From positions 89,505 to 153,504 of the forward strand of contig JANMXA010000042.1 of NCBI GenBank assembly GCA_031394255.1: a DNA stretch of 64,000 nucleotides, in the 5' to 3' direction. Source of the DNA: Gemmatimonadota bacterium. Lineage in GTDB: Bacteria; Gemmatimonadota; Gemmatimonadetes; Gemmatimonadales; GWC2-71-9. Position 1 is the stretch's first letter, and each line of letters begins with the position of its first letter. Below are positions 8,552 through 17,578 of the stretch, in pieces. The notes beneath the pieces are model-generated. The model was not told where the DNA came from. It saw only the letters and a list, made by a program, of their open reading frames with translations, and searched no databases. Both the position numbers and the translations under genes were made by a program.

Positions 8552-11500
8552 GTGAACGCTGGTCCAATTGGTAGTCTGCAGCGCGCCCTCGGCCCTCAGT
8601 ACAGGGTCGATCGGGAGCTTGGCCGTGGGGGAATGGGCGTCGTCTATCTCGCCCGAGACCTTACGCTCGACCGACCCGTCGCCATCAAGGTCATCCACCC
8701 CGACCTCTCCACGAACCGCACCGTCGCCGGTCGCTTCCTGACCGAAGCCCGGACGATCGCCAAACTGCGGCATCCCAGTATTGTCTCGGTCCACGTCGCG
8801 GGCGAAGTGGCGGGCCAGCTGTATTTCGTGATGGACTACCTGCCCGGAGAGACCCTCCGCCAACGCCTCACCCGCGAGGGCCGTCTCGCCCCGGTGATCG
8901 CCGTCCGAATCGCATCGGACATCGCGGATGCACTCGATACCGCCAGCGCGGCGGGTGTCGTGCACCGAGACCTCAAGCCGGAGAACATCCTGCTCGAAGG
9001 GCCCGTTGATGAACCCAGGGCCCACCTGACCGATTTCGGGATTGCCCGCCTGGTTGAGGGCGGGGAAGGACACACCGGCCCCGGGGGGGTGATGGGGACT
9101 CCGGCCTACATGAGCCCCGAACAAGCAGCCGGCGAGGACCTGGACGGCCGCAGCGATCTCTATTCGCTGGGAATTGTCACGTACGAGATGCTGGCTGGGT
9201 CGCCTCCATTCACCGGGCCCCATCGCACGGTTCTCTCGCGGCAGATCCTCGATCCTCCGACACCGATCGAGAACGTCAGGCCAGACATCGACTCGGCCAT
9301 TGCCCGATCGGTGATGCGGGCGCTCGAGAAGGTGCCGGACGCCCGATGGGCGTCTGGAAAAGCCTTTCGACGCGCCTTGATCGACGACGGGGAACCGTCA
9401 CCCCCCAGGGGCCGGGTGGTCGCGGGCCGGATTCCCGGCAACCGCCGTCGCCTGGCGACCGCCGCCGTCCTGACGATCCTCGCCGCCTTGGTCTCCATCC
9501 TCGCGATTTGGCGGCGAGACGGCCCTCCAGCCGGCACCAACCCCCGGCATTCGATCCTCGTGCTGCCGTTCACGAACACGCGGGACGACGCCAATTACCG
9601 CTGGCTCCGGGACGGCAGCGTCAGCATGCTGTCTCTGGCGTTGTCGCAATGGCGCGATCTGACCGTCGTGGATCAGGATCGAGTGCACGACCTGGTATCG
9701 GGCCATGGCCAAGCCGACGGGGCAATCGGCCTTGCGCTCGCCCGGTTGATGGCCCGGGAGAGTCGCGCCTGGACGGTGGTACTCGGGGATTTCGAACGGG
9801 CGGGGGACACCCTGAGGCTGGTGGCCCGAATGTACGACGTCGCTTCGGGCGGCCAACTCGAGACGGTCCAGGTTGCGGACTTGGCAGGTGACGACGTTCG
9901 CCCGTTGTTTGATCAACTGGCGACGAGGCTGCTCGATCTCACAGGCGCGCCCCGAACCGGCCGAGCGTCTCTTGCATCGGTGACTACTCAGTCCGTTGAG
10001 GCGTACCGAGCGTACCTCCGAGGCGTCGAGGCGCTCAATCACTGGCGCCTTGCCGAAGCCAGCCGGGAGCTGGAACGGGCCGTCCAGACCGACAGCAGTT
10101 TCAGCCTCGCCAACTACCGTCTCGCCATCGCCCGGGGGTGGCTCAGTGCCGCTGACACCATCGGGCTTGCGGCGATTCGCCGAGCCGCCCGAACGGCGGA
10201 GCGTCTCCCGCCCCGGGAGCGGCAACTGATTGAGGGGTACCGCACGTTCGTCGAGGGAGACTACGAGCGGGGCATGGCGCTCTACAGGCAGCTGATCGAC
10301 AGGGACTCGAGCGATGTCGAGGCATGGTACGGCCTCGCGGATGCGGCGTTCCATGGCGGGTACGCCCGCAGCCGGGCCGCGCTGCTAGCGCAATCACTCC
10401 GGGGCTTCCGGCGGGTCATCGGACTCGACTCCACCTTTGGACTGGCCTATGAGCACATCGGCGCCCTGTTGACGGACGCCAGTCAGCCCCACGGGTGGTT
10501 TCGACTGCTGGCCTCCGATTCGATCGTGGGGTGGCAGCCGGACAGCGATTCGCCCAGCCTCGAGGCCGAACGGAAAGCGGCCAACCGGCAGGCGGTGGCA
10601 TTGGCCCAGTCCTGGACTCGCCTTCAGCCGGGCACCTCGCGAGCCCAGTACCACTTGTACAAGGCGTATCTCGCTGGCAACCGGGTGCCGGAGGCCCGGC
10701 AGACCATCGCCCGTCTCAGAGCCATGTACCCCGACTCGGCCCAAGCCATTTTTTCCCTACTCGACGCCCGGGCCCAGTTCGTTGGCGGCGACGTTCAAGG
10801 CGCCGCCCAGACCGTCCGGTCCGCCATAGACAAAGTGACTCCTTCGATCTTCGGGCAACTCGATTTCGCGCCGGAGCCTGTCGTCGACATCATGACCGGG
10901 GCAAATGCGGTAGGCTATTTCGGCGACCTGGCGACGACCGTCCAGCTGATCCGACTTGGCCATGATCTACGGCGGGCGCATGCGGAGGCTCGCGATTCAA
11001 CTCAAAAGGCCCGAGAGGATGACCTCTGGGAGATCGCCCGGCTTGGGTCGGTCTATGCCGCCAGTGGCACGCGACCCGATCGCTTGCGTTCGATCTGGGC
11101 CCGCGGGATCGAGTTGGCGAAGGCCTCCGACCTCGAACACCAGGGGGTGGCCTGGTCGTATATGGCGCCGACGGCACTGGGCCTGCTTCTCGGACCGAGC
11201 GGCGATCCGTCCGCGATCGTGGAACTCGCCCGCTTGGCAGACCAATCCAGCCCCGTGGCCGTGCGAGCCCTGATCCTGACCAGGCGAGGTGATACACTTG
11301 CCGCACGTACCTTGCTCGCCGATTCCCTGGATCGGCCGGCGGCGTCCACCAGCAAGATGTCGTGGGGGTCCGACGGAGCCGACCTGATGCCTGTGGTTGC
11401 GCAGGCATATTTTGAACTTGGAGACTTCGCCAAAGTTGTTGAAACGCTACGGAAATTCGATGCCCGGGATTTCTTCCGCCGAGGCTTTGATTCGCGATGG

Positions 11501-11689
11501 ATCTTCCTCCCCCGTGTCCGCTTGCTGCGGGGCCAGGCCCTCGAGCGGTTGGGACGCAACGCGTTGGCAGCAGCAGAGTTCCGGGCCGTGATCGACCAGT
11601 GGGCTGGTGCGGACACCGAGCTGTCCCCTGTCGTTCTCCAGGCCCGGCAACATCTGGCCCGAGTGTCAGGCAATCCCGAAGCTCGCTGA
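8552..11689 (+). CDS. serine/threonine protein kinase with TM segment and large TPR-like extracytoplasmic/C-terminal region
   Basis: GRGGMGVVYLARD, AIK, HRDLKPENIL, DFGIARL and SPEQ motifs. One TM helix (LATAAVLTILAALVSILAIW) followed by ~700 aa of helical-repeat sequence. Start uncertain: the track ORF begins at 8312 but would overlap the divergent regulator, so GTG 8552 is chosen. Confidence 0.85.
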   Translation: MNAGPIGSLQRALGPQYRVDRELGRGGMGVVYLARDLTLDRPVAIKVIHPDLSTNRTVAGRFLTEARTIAKLRHPSIVSVHVAGEVAGQLYFVMDYLPGETLRQRLTREGRLAPVIAVRIASDIADALDTASAAGVVHRDLKPENILLEGPVDEPRAHLTDFGIARLVEGGEGHTGPGGVMGTPAYMSPEQAAGEDLDGRSDLYSLGIVTYEMLAGSPPFTGPHRTVLSRQILDPPTPIENVRPDIDSAIARSVMRALEKVPDARWASGKAFRRALIDDGEPSPPRGRVVAGRIPGNRRRLATAAVLTILAALVSILAIWRRDGPPAGTNPRHSILVLPFTNTRDDANYRWLRDGSVSMLSLALSQWRDLTVVDQDRVHDLVSGHGQADGAIGLALARLMARESRAWTVVLGDFERAGDTLRLVARMYDVASGGQLETVQVADLAGDDVRPLFDQLATRLLDLTGAPRTGRASLASVTTQSVEAYRAYLRGVEALNHWRLAEASRELERAVQTDSSFSLANYRLAIARGWLSAADTIGLAAIRRAARTAERLPPRERQLIEGYRTFVEGDYERGMALYRQLIDRDSSDVEAWYGLADAAFHGGYARSRAALLAQSLRGFRRVIGLDSTFGLAYEHIGALLTDASQPHGWFRLLASDSIVGWQPDSDSPSLEAERKAANRQAVALAQSWTRLQPGTSRAQYHLYKAYLAGNRVPEARQTIARLRAMYPDSAQAIFSLLDARAQFVGGDVQGAAQTVRSAIDKVTPSIFGQLDFAPEPVVDIMTGANAVGYFGDLATTVQLIRLGHDLRRAHAEARDSTQKAREDDLWEIARLGSVYAASGTRPDRLRSIWARGIELAKASDLEHQGVAWSYMAPTALGLLLGPSGDPSAIVELARLADQSSPVAVRALILTRRGDTLAARTLLADSLDRPAASTSKMSWGSDGADLMPVVAQAYFELGDFAKVVETLRKFDARDFFRRGFDSRWIFLPRVRLLRGQALERLGRNALAAAEFRAVIDQWAGADTELSPVVLQARQHLARVSGNPEAR

Positions 11690-11708
11690 CGGCATTACCT
11701 TTCCCAAA

Positions 11709-12090
11709 GGGGTCGGGCGTGACAGTCGCGAGGCTTTGAGTCTCGAGGAAAGTCCGAGCTCCATAGGGTAGACTGCCAGGTAACGCCTGGGCGCCGCAAG
11801 GCGACGGACAGGGCCACAGAAACAAACCGCATCCGAAGGTTCGGGTGTAAGGGTGAAAAGGTGGGGTAAGAGCCCACCGCGGCGGCGGTAACGACGCCGG
11901 TCCAGGCAACCCCCAGTCGGAGCAAGGCCAAATAGGCGGCGAGGTACGACCCGTACCGCCCCGGCCTCCTCGGAGGCCGAAGCCGCGGGTAGGCTGCTAG
12001 AGGCGGTCGGTAACGACCGTCCAAGAGAGATGACCGTCCGCCGTCTCCTTCGGGATGCGGCGAACAGAACTCGGCTTACGGCCCGGCCCC
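11709..12090 (+). ncRNA. rnpB: RNase P RNA, bacterial type A
   Basis: Universally conserved GAGGAAAGTCCGAGCTCC ... GGTAACGCCTGG ... GGGTAAGAGCCCACC ... AGCAAGGCCAAATAGG ... ACAGAACTCGGCTTAC. P4 pairing shows covariation. The P1 helix pairs GGGGTCGGGC (11709-11718) with GCCCGGCCCC (12081-12090). Ends approximate to +/-5 nt. Confidence 0.93.
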
Positions 12091-12115
12091 GCAACCCCCT
12101 CCCCAGGGGGTTGCC
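12091..12115 (+). terminator. stem-loop directly after rnpB
   Basis: Perfect 10-bp inverted repeat GCAACCCCCT / AGGGGGTTGC with a CCCC loop. No strong U tract follows. Confidence 0.45.
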
Positions 12116-12161
12116 CAAATTCCGGCAGTGCAGGCCCGAACTCTCATGTTGGAGGAACACC

Positions 12162-12956
12162 ATGGTTGGACCCTATTTCCTGACCGCCGCATCGGTTCTG
12201 AGCCTCAGTGGGTTTCTGGTGGCCGACCACGCGGCTCCGATCACGCTGCGGTACCGGATTGAATCGAAAACCGAACAAGTCGTGGACTTGAGCGCGATGG
12301 GGCAGGGGAGCCAGACCAACGCCTTCTCCCAGATTGCCATCGTCTCGATCACCCTGAGCGACACCGTAGGCGGCAAGGTCCTGCATGCGGTGGTCGACAC
12401 CATCGCCTCGGACGCTCCAGTGCCCGGAACCGCCGAGGCCGCGCTGAAGGCCAAAGGGGCCTGGCTGCATGGTTTCGTCGACCAGTGGGGCCGAACCAAG
12501 ATCACGGCCACCTCGGCGGATTCCAACGACATGGTGTCCCAAATCAAGAACTCGATGGCCCGGTTTTTTCCCATCGTGAAGCCTGGTACGAAGGAAGGTG
12601 ACACCTGGACCGACACATCACACGTTGACACCAAGACCGCCCAACAGGCCATGAAGACCACGACGGTGACCACGTATAAGCGCGGCGGCTCATCGGCCCG
12701 TGGGACCGAATCTGCGGTTCGAATCGATGCGTCGTCTGCTACGACTGGGGCGGGCACGATTGAGAACCCGATGGCGGGGACGATGGACGTCGAATTGACC
12801 GATGCCGGCTCGGAGATCTTCTTCCTTGGCTCCGATGGTCGGTATCTCGGCGGGGAAGCCAAGTCGGAGGGAAAGAGCCTGGTGAAAACCCCGATGGCGC
12901 CAGAGGCAATCCCAGTCAAGACCACCCGGACCACGACGGTCTCCGTCATCAAGTGA
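12162..12956 (+). CDS. hypothetical secreted protein
   Basis: ATG 12162 preceded by GGAGGA at 12151-12156. Hydrophobic N-terminus (MVGPYFLTAASVLSLSGFLV). Thr/Ser-rich with no family I recognise. The upstream part of the track ORF lies inside rnpB. Confidence 0.6.
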   Translation: MVGPYFLTAASVLSLSGFLVADHAAPITLRYRIESKTEQVVDLSAMGQGSQTNAFSQIAIVSITLSDTVGGKVLHAVVDTIASDAPVPGTAEAALKAKGAWLHGFVDQWGRTKITATSADSNDMVSQIKNSMARFFPIVKPGTKEGDTWTDTSHVDTKTAQQAMKTTTVTTYKRGGSSARGTESAVRIDASSATTGAGTIENPMAGTMDVELTDAGSEIFFLGSDGRYLGGEAKSEGKSLVKTPMAPEAIPVKTTRTTTVSVIK

Positions 12957-12983
12957 TCGACAGGCGATTCCCGCCACGGGATG

Positions 12984-13019
12984 GGGCGTCGGGTCGAGCG
13001 ACCCGACGCCCTTCTGCTT
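12984..13019 (+). terminator. rho-independent-type terminator hairpin
   Basis: Perfect 13-nt inverted repeat GGGCGTCGGGTCG / CGACCCGACGCCC followed by TTCTGCTT. Confidence 0.5.
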
Positions 13020-13026
13020 GAGGCCG

Positions 13027-13941
13027 ATGACGCCGCCCGCCAAGGCTGCCGCCAGCTTTCGGCTGCCACGGAGCCGATCGAAACGGCTGATCAGGATCTT
13101 CGGGGCAGTGGGCGGCCTATTCACCGTGTGGCTGTTCGCGGTGTGGCCCCCGCCGCTGTGGTACCGGTGGTTTTGGCCTCAGCAGACCGCTTTCATGGCG
13201 ATGCGCAGGGACCAGGCGGATAGTCTGGCCCGGCATATTGAGCGAAAGCGCGAGGCGGTTGATGGCCGGATTCCACGACGTTACCAGCCGGTCGAGCTGA
13301 CGGCGATGGCGACCTGGCTCCCCCAAGCCGTGATGATTGCCGAAGATCATCGTTTCCTCGAACATTCCGGGGTCGACTACCAGGCCATTCGACAGGCCCT
13401 TGGCTATCGCCGAGACGCGTTCGAGTGGGGCAACCCCCGCGACCGCTCAGAGATGCGACGGGTTCTCGGCCAACTGTGGGCGCGAAGAGAGCGGGTTCGC
13501 GGGGCCAGCACCATTACCCAGCAGCTAGCGAAGAATCTGTACCTGTCACCGTCACGCAACCCACTGCGCAAGATAAAAGAGGCGGTAACAGCCTATCGAC
13601 TGGAGTCGGCGCTCGGCAAGAACCGGATTCTCGAACTGTATCTCAACGTCGTGGAGTTTGGGCCCGAGGTCTGGGGAGTCGAGGCTGCCTCCCAGTTGTA
13701 CTTCAACCGGCCAGCCGCCAAGCTCTCAGCAGAACAGTCCGCGGCACTCGCCGGCACACTGCCATTCCCGTTGCGATCAAACCCTGGATTCCGGCCGGGC
13801 CGGATGCGTTGGCGGCAGCAATTGATCCTGCGCCGTTTGGCGGGAGAGCCAATTCAGATGCCAACGGACGCCGACACGACGACCACCGACACCCGCGATC
13901 CCGTCAGCGCGGACACTGCGGGACCCCCCCTGAACCACTAA
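13027..13941 (+). CDS. mtgA: monofunctional biosynthetic peptidoglycan transglycosylase (GT51)
   Basis: EDHRFLEHSGVD, GASTITQQLAKNLYL and RKIKEAVTAYRLE motifs with an N-terminal TM anchor. Start is ATG 13027 or TTG 13018. Confidence 0.88.
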   Translation: MTPPAKAAASFRLPRSRSKRLIRIFGAVGGLFTVWLFAVWPPPLWYRWFWPQQTAFMAMRRDQADSLARHIERKREAVDGRIPRRYQPVELTAMATWLPQAVMIAEDHRFLEHSGVDYQAIRQALGYRRDAFEWGNPRDRSEMRRVLGQLWARRERVRGASTITQQLAKNLYLSPSRNPLRKIKEAVTAYRLESALGKNRILELYLNVVEFGPEVWGVEAASQLYFNRPAAKLSAEQSAALAGTLPFPLRSNPGFRPGRMRWRQQLILRRLAGEPIQMPTDADTTTTDTRDPVSADTAGPPLNH

Positions 13942-15047
13942 TCCAGCAGCCGCAGTGGCATCACCAGGGTCAGATAACTTGCGGGGTCATCCCAACCCAC
14001 CGGCTCACAGGTTGCGGCCCTCTCAGGGCCCTTGAAGCTCATTCGGACCTCGTCCGTCGGAGCGTACTTCAAAACCTCGATCAGATAAGCCGCATTGAAG
14101 CCGATCTCGAGCGGATCGCCCTCGTACGCTACGGTCATCTCTTCCTGCGCCTCACCAAGATCTGGGGTCGTCACTGATAGCTTGCATGCCCCATTGGCAA
14201 AAGCCAGCCGGATCCGGTGGGTCTGGTCGCTCGCAACGATGCTCATGCGGCGGAGGGCCGCCGTGAAGGCCGCCTTATCGGCCGTCATGATCTTGTCATT
14301 CTCCCGGGGAATCACCTGCTCATAATTCGGGTAGGGCCCCTCGATCAGCCGGGTAAAAATCTGAGTCCCAGCAGACCGGAACCCGAGATGATTGTCGCTT
14401 CGGGCGATCTCGATTTCTTCATCCGGCCCGAACAACTTCCGAATCTGCTCCAGCGCCTTCGGCGGAACGATGAGGTCTGCTTGCCCACCCGATCCCTTCA
14501 CCGGGACGTCCATCCGGGCCAGGCGGTGGCCGTTAGTGGCCACCATTCGCATCCGGTCCGCTCGAAGTTCCCAGAGCACGCCGTTCAGGATCGGGCGGCT
14601 CTCTTCGGTGCTGGCGGCAAAAGCAACGTGGGCGATCAGTTTCTGGAGTTCTTTGGCCTGGACCTTCCAAGCACCATCAAACTTGACCGCCGGAAATGCC
14701 GGAAATTCATCGCGTGAGAGACCCAGTAATTTGAATTTCGAACGGCCGCATTCGATCTGGACTCGTTGTTCACCGGATCCAGTGAACCGAATCGCGGCAC
14801 TGGGCAACTCCCGAACGATCTCGGACAACTTCCGGGCCGGCAGGGTCGTCGCACCCTCTTGGTCGACCTGAGCCGGGATGATTGTACTTACCGCGATGTC
14901 GAGATCGGTTCCCGACAGACGCAGCCCGTCTTTCGTTGCTTCGACGAGGATATTGGAGAGCACGGGAAGGGTTGTCTTGGACGGAATACTTGCCGCGACC
15001 GCTCCAAGCCCCTCATGTAACTTTTCACGGGTGATGGTGAACTTCAT
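13938..15047 (-). CDS. dnaN: DNA polymerase III subunit beta (sliding clamp)
   Basis: MKFTITREKL...LPVLSNILVEA N-terminus, ~369 aa with three-domain length, located immediately downstream of dnaA. Confidence 0.95.
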   Translation of the reverse strand: MKFTITREKLHEGLGAVAASIPSKTTLPVLSNILVEATKDGLRLSGTDLDIAVSTIIPAQVDQEGATTLPARKLSEIVRELPSAAIRFTGSGEQRVQIECGRSKFKLLGLSRDEFPAFPAVKFDGAWKVQAKELQKLIAHVAFAASTEESRPILNGVLWELRADRMRMVATNGHRLARMDVPVKGSGGQADLIVPPKALEQIRKLFGPDEEIEIARSDNHLGFRSAGTQIFTRLIEGPYPNYEQVIPRENDKIMTADKAAFTAALRRMSIVASDQTHRIRLAFANGACKLSVTTPDLGEAQEEMTVAYEGDPLEIGFNAAYLIEVLKYAPTDEVRMSFKGPERAATCEPVGWDDPASYLTLVMPLRLLD

Positions 15048-15083
15048 TCCGGCTCGCTCCCCAACATCTTTCGAGTTTTCACC

Positions 15084-15156
15084 ACGGGATAACTACTAAA
15101 AAGAACCCTATATAATAAATATAGTAGCAGTAGTAGAGGGGGCCTTTTGTGGAACG
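15084..15156. promoter_or_regulatory. candidate oriC unwinding module: AT-rich island, TAG trinucleotide run, GC cluster, DnaA-box-like element
   Basis: 15091-15121 is nearly pure A/T. TAA TAA ATA TAG TAG CAG TAG TAG at 15113-15136, AGGGGGCC at 15137-15144, and TGTGGAACG at 15148-15156 (6/9 to TGTGGATAA). A GGATAA half-box lies at 15087-15092. Located in the dnaA-dnaN spacer. Confidence 0.5.
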
Positions 15157-15288
15157 GCCCGGGAAACGTCATCACGGCATCGAGTTGCCGTCCCCACGCC
15201 GCCGCCGCCGCCTGTTGACGGCGGGGATATCGGCCCGGGGTTTCCCGATTACTGCCTGTCTTCCACGCCGCCCACACGCAACCCACAT

Positions 15289-16677
15289 CTACGATGTCGT
15301 CAATTCTGTCCTGGCCGAATCGACCCGTTCCCTGAAGCCGCGATCCTTTGCCAACTGACGCTGAACCTTGTCCACGCTGTGAATGACGGTCGAATGATCT
15401 CGACCCCCGAACGCCTGTCCAATTTCAACGAGCTGCATGTTGAGCACCTCACGCGCCAGATACATCGCGATCTGGCGAGGGACGGTAAGGCTCTTGATCC
15501 GCGCTTTCGACCGAAGGCCTTCGGGAGTCACCCCCCATCGCCTGGCGACCACGTCCTGGACCTTGTCGATCGACGGGAGGGCCTTCGGCCTTTCCTCGGC
15601 CCCGCTCTGGCTCGGGCGTATCCGATCCGCGAGCGCCTCGCGGGCCAGTTCCACCGAGATTTCCCGGTGTCGGAGCGACGCATAGAGCAGGAGTTTGATG
15701 ATGGAGCCTTCCAGCTCGCGCACGTTCGAATAGACGTGTTCGGCGATGAAGGTCAAGACCTCATCCGGAATAGTCGTTTCGAGGTGGTCCTGTTCCTGTT
15801 TCTTGCGGAGGATGGCGATCCGGTGTTCCAGGTCCGGGAGCCCGATATCCGCGACCATGCCCCATCCGAACCGGCTGACCAATCGGTCTTCCAGTCCGGG
15901 CATTTCCTTGGGTGGCCGGTCCGAGGTGAGCACGATCTGTTTTTGGGACTCGTAGAGCGCGTTGAAGGTGTGAAAGAACTCCTCCTGGGTAGCCTCTTTC
16001 CCTTCCAGGAAGTGCACATCGTCGACGAGGAACAGGTCAACATCGGTCCGATATCGCCGTCGCAGGTCGGGCATGGTCCGATTGTGAATCCCTTCGATGA
16101 CTTCGTTGATGAAATGCTCGGCACCGACATACAGGACTCTGGTGCCGGGGTTTCTTCGGATCACGGCGTGGGCGATTGCCTGCATCAAGTGGGTCTTGCC
16201 GAGGCCGGTTCCCCCGTAGATGAACAACGGGTTGTAAGTCTTCCCCGGAGCCTCGGCCACGGCGTAGGCCGCGGCTGCGCCGAGCTCGTTGGATTTCCCG
16301 ATCACAAACGAGTCGAAGGTGTATCGCTCGTTGAGCGGCAGCGACGACTGGGCGACCCGCAGGGGGGCCGTCTGCGCTTCGGGCGGGGGAGCGACGAAGA
16401 AATCAATCTGGGGCCGCTGGCGGCGATCCTCCGGGACACGAAAGGCCACCTCGGTCTTCTGCCCCAGGACCTGCTCCGCAATTCGCGAAAGAATGAGGCT
16501 GTGCTTGGCTTCATTCCACTTGACGGCGAACTCATCTGGTACCCCCAGAACCAGGCAATGGTCCGCCAGACTAAGCGGCTCGGCCGGAGCCAACCAGGTG
16601 ATCACTGCCTGTTCAGGCAGCTCCCGGCGGGCCTCGTCGAGGATTCGCTTCCACGCGTCTTTGGCAGACACCTGCAT
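15289..16677 (-). CDS. dnaA: chromosomal replication initiator protein DnaA
   Basis: AAA+ Walker A (GGTGLGKTHLMQAIAH), Walker B (LFLVDDVHFL) and a C-terminal DNA-binding helix (RQIAMYLAREV...GGRDHSTVIHS). Confidence 0.97.
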   Translation of the reverse strand: MQVSAKDAWKRILDEARRELPEQAVITWLAPAEPLSLADHCLVLGVPDEFAVKWNEAKHSLILSRIAEQVLGQKTEVAFRVPEDRRQRPQIDFFVAPPPEAQTAPLRVAQSSLPLNERYTFDSFVIGKSNELGAAAAYAVAEAPGKTYNPLFIYGGTGLGKTHLMQAIAHAVIRRNPGTRVLYVGAEHFINEVIEGIHNRTMPDLRRRYRTDVDLFLVDDVHFLEGKEATQEEFFHTFNALYESQKQIVLTSDRPPKEMPGLEDRLVSRFGWGMVADIGLPDLEHRIAILRKKQEQDHLETTIPDEVLTFIAEHVYSNVRELEGSIIKLLLYASLRHREISVELAREALADRIRPSQSGAEERPKALPSIDKVQDVVARRWGVTPEGLRSKARIKSLTVPRQIAMYLAREVLNMQLVEIGQAFGGRDHSTVIHSVDKVQRQLAKDRGFRERVDSARTELTTS

Positions 16678-16734
16678 TTCGCCTCAGGGAAAACCGGGGG
16701 TACTGATGAAGGGGCGACGATCTTACGGCTAGCA

Positions 16735-16743
16735 TGTGGAAAA
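16735..16743. promoter_or_regulatory. DnaA box (8/9 match)
   Basis: TGTGGAAAA versus consensus TGTGGATAA, in the divergent dnaA/rpmH spacer. Confidence 0.45.
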
Positions 16744-16810
16744 GTCAACCTTGACCGAATTGGTGATGTTAGGCTATCTTGCTTGGCTCACTCAAGTACT
16801 GGTGGTTGTC

Positions 16811-16972
16811 ATGCAGCCGACATATCGCCCGCGAAACCGCAAGCGGGTCAATCGGCACGGGTTTCGAGCCCGGATGGAGACCCGGTGGGGTCGGGCGACG
16901 CTTGCCCGCCGCCGAAAGAAGGGCCGTAAACTGCTGACGATTCGGATCCCGTCGAAGCACGGGGGTCGCTGA
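16811..16972 (+). CDS. rpmH: 50S ribosomal protein L34
   Basis: [42 protein letters not shown] matches the L34 pattern. Start moved to ATG 16811. Confidence 0.93.
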   Translation: MQPTYRPRNRKRVNRHGFRARMETRWGRATLARRRKKGRKLLTIRIPSKHGGR

Positions 16973-17334
16973 CGTCGGAGGACTTCGCGCGCCGGCAGCG
17001 GCTGGCGGGGTCCGAGGATATTCGGCGGGTGCTGGCCCGGGGCCGTCGTCATAAGGCGGTGTACCTCGAGATCGTGTGGGAAGCAAACCAAGCGGGCCAT
17101 CCGAGACTGGGACTCATTGTTCCGAAGTACCAGTCCAACGCGGTGGCCCGCAATCGTTTGAGGCGAAGACTGAAAGAAATCTGTCGGCGGGCGGTACTAC
17201 CACGGCTGATGGCGGTAGATGTGCTGGTCCGAACGCGACGTGAGAGTTATGGGGGCAGTTGGCGCGGTCTGGAGGCGGAGGTGCTGGGGTGGCTGACGGC
17301 CAAGGCACCGATCAAGGGTTCCGTAGAAACCTGA
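16969..17334 (+). CDS. rnpA: ribonuclease P protein component
   Basis: The conserved N-terminal RL-x5-(F/I)-xx-V-xxx-G-x-R segment ([17 protein letters not shown]) is encoded at 16999-17049, upstream of the first canonical start (GTG 17029). No ATG/GTG/TTG lies in frame between the TAA at 16927 and 17029. CTG 16969 overlaps the rpmH stop (CTGA). Minimal canonical ORF is 17029..17334. Confidence 0.8.
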   Translation: MTSEDFARRQRLAGSEDIRRVLARGRRHKAVYLEIVWEANQAGHPRLGLIVPKYQSNAVARNRLRRRLKEICRRAVLPRLMAVDVLVRTRRESYGGSWRGLEAEVLGWLTAKAPIKGSVET

Positions 17335-17552
17335 TTGGCCTGCCCCGTCGCCTGGGAGCCGGTCTGATTCGCGGCTACCAGCGATTCATTTCGCCCGCTT
17401 TCCCGCCGCGATGCCGGTTCAGCCCCAGTTGCTCGCACTACACCCTCGAAGCAGTGGAACGGTATGGCGTCGTTCGCGGTAGCTGGTTGGGCGTCAAGCG
17501 CCTGGCGAAGTGTCACCCGTTTCACCGGGGCGGTTATGACCCGGTCCCCTAA
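17331..17552 (+). CDS. yidD: membrane protein insertion efficiency factor YidD
   Basis: [31 protein letters not shown]...RLAKCHPF motif. Start ambiguous: CTG 17331 (CTGA overlap with the rnpA stop, giving a typical 73 aa) or ATG 17259 (97 aa with a Gly-rich extension overlapping rnpA by 76 nt). Confidence 0.8.
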   Translation: MIGLPRRLGAGLIRGYQRFISPAFPPRCRFSPSCSHYTLEAVERYGVVRGSWLGVKRLAKCHPFHRGGYDPVP

Positions 17553-17578
17553 CTTCTAGACTCCTCCTCGGCGCCCCC

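Noticed and set aside
11666-12163. ORFs of 165 and 109 aa (- strand), and the 5' part of ORF 12030..12956, overlapping 11700-12160.
   Set aside because: The region is RNase P RNA, with all universal conserved blocks and P1/P4 pairing present. The protein ORFs are incidental. The real downstream CDS starts at ATG 12162, behind a GGAGGA.
16745-16810. Sigma-70-type promoter for rpmH (TTGACC at about 16750 with a downstream -10).
   Set aside because: A good -35-like hexamer exists, but no convincing -10 hexamer lies at 16-18 nt spacing. The evidence is too weak to report as a feature.
15379-16929. 516-aa ORF on the + strand across the dnaA locus.
   Set aside because: It is antisense to dnaA, which has unambiguous AAA+ and DNA-binding motifs. 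It has no recognisable domain. It is a high-GC artefact.
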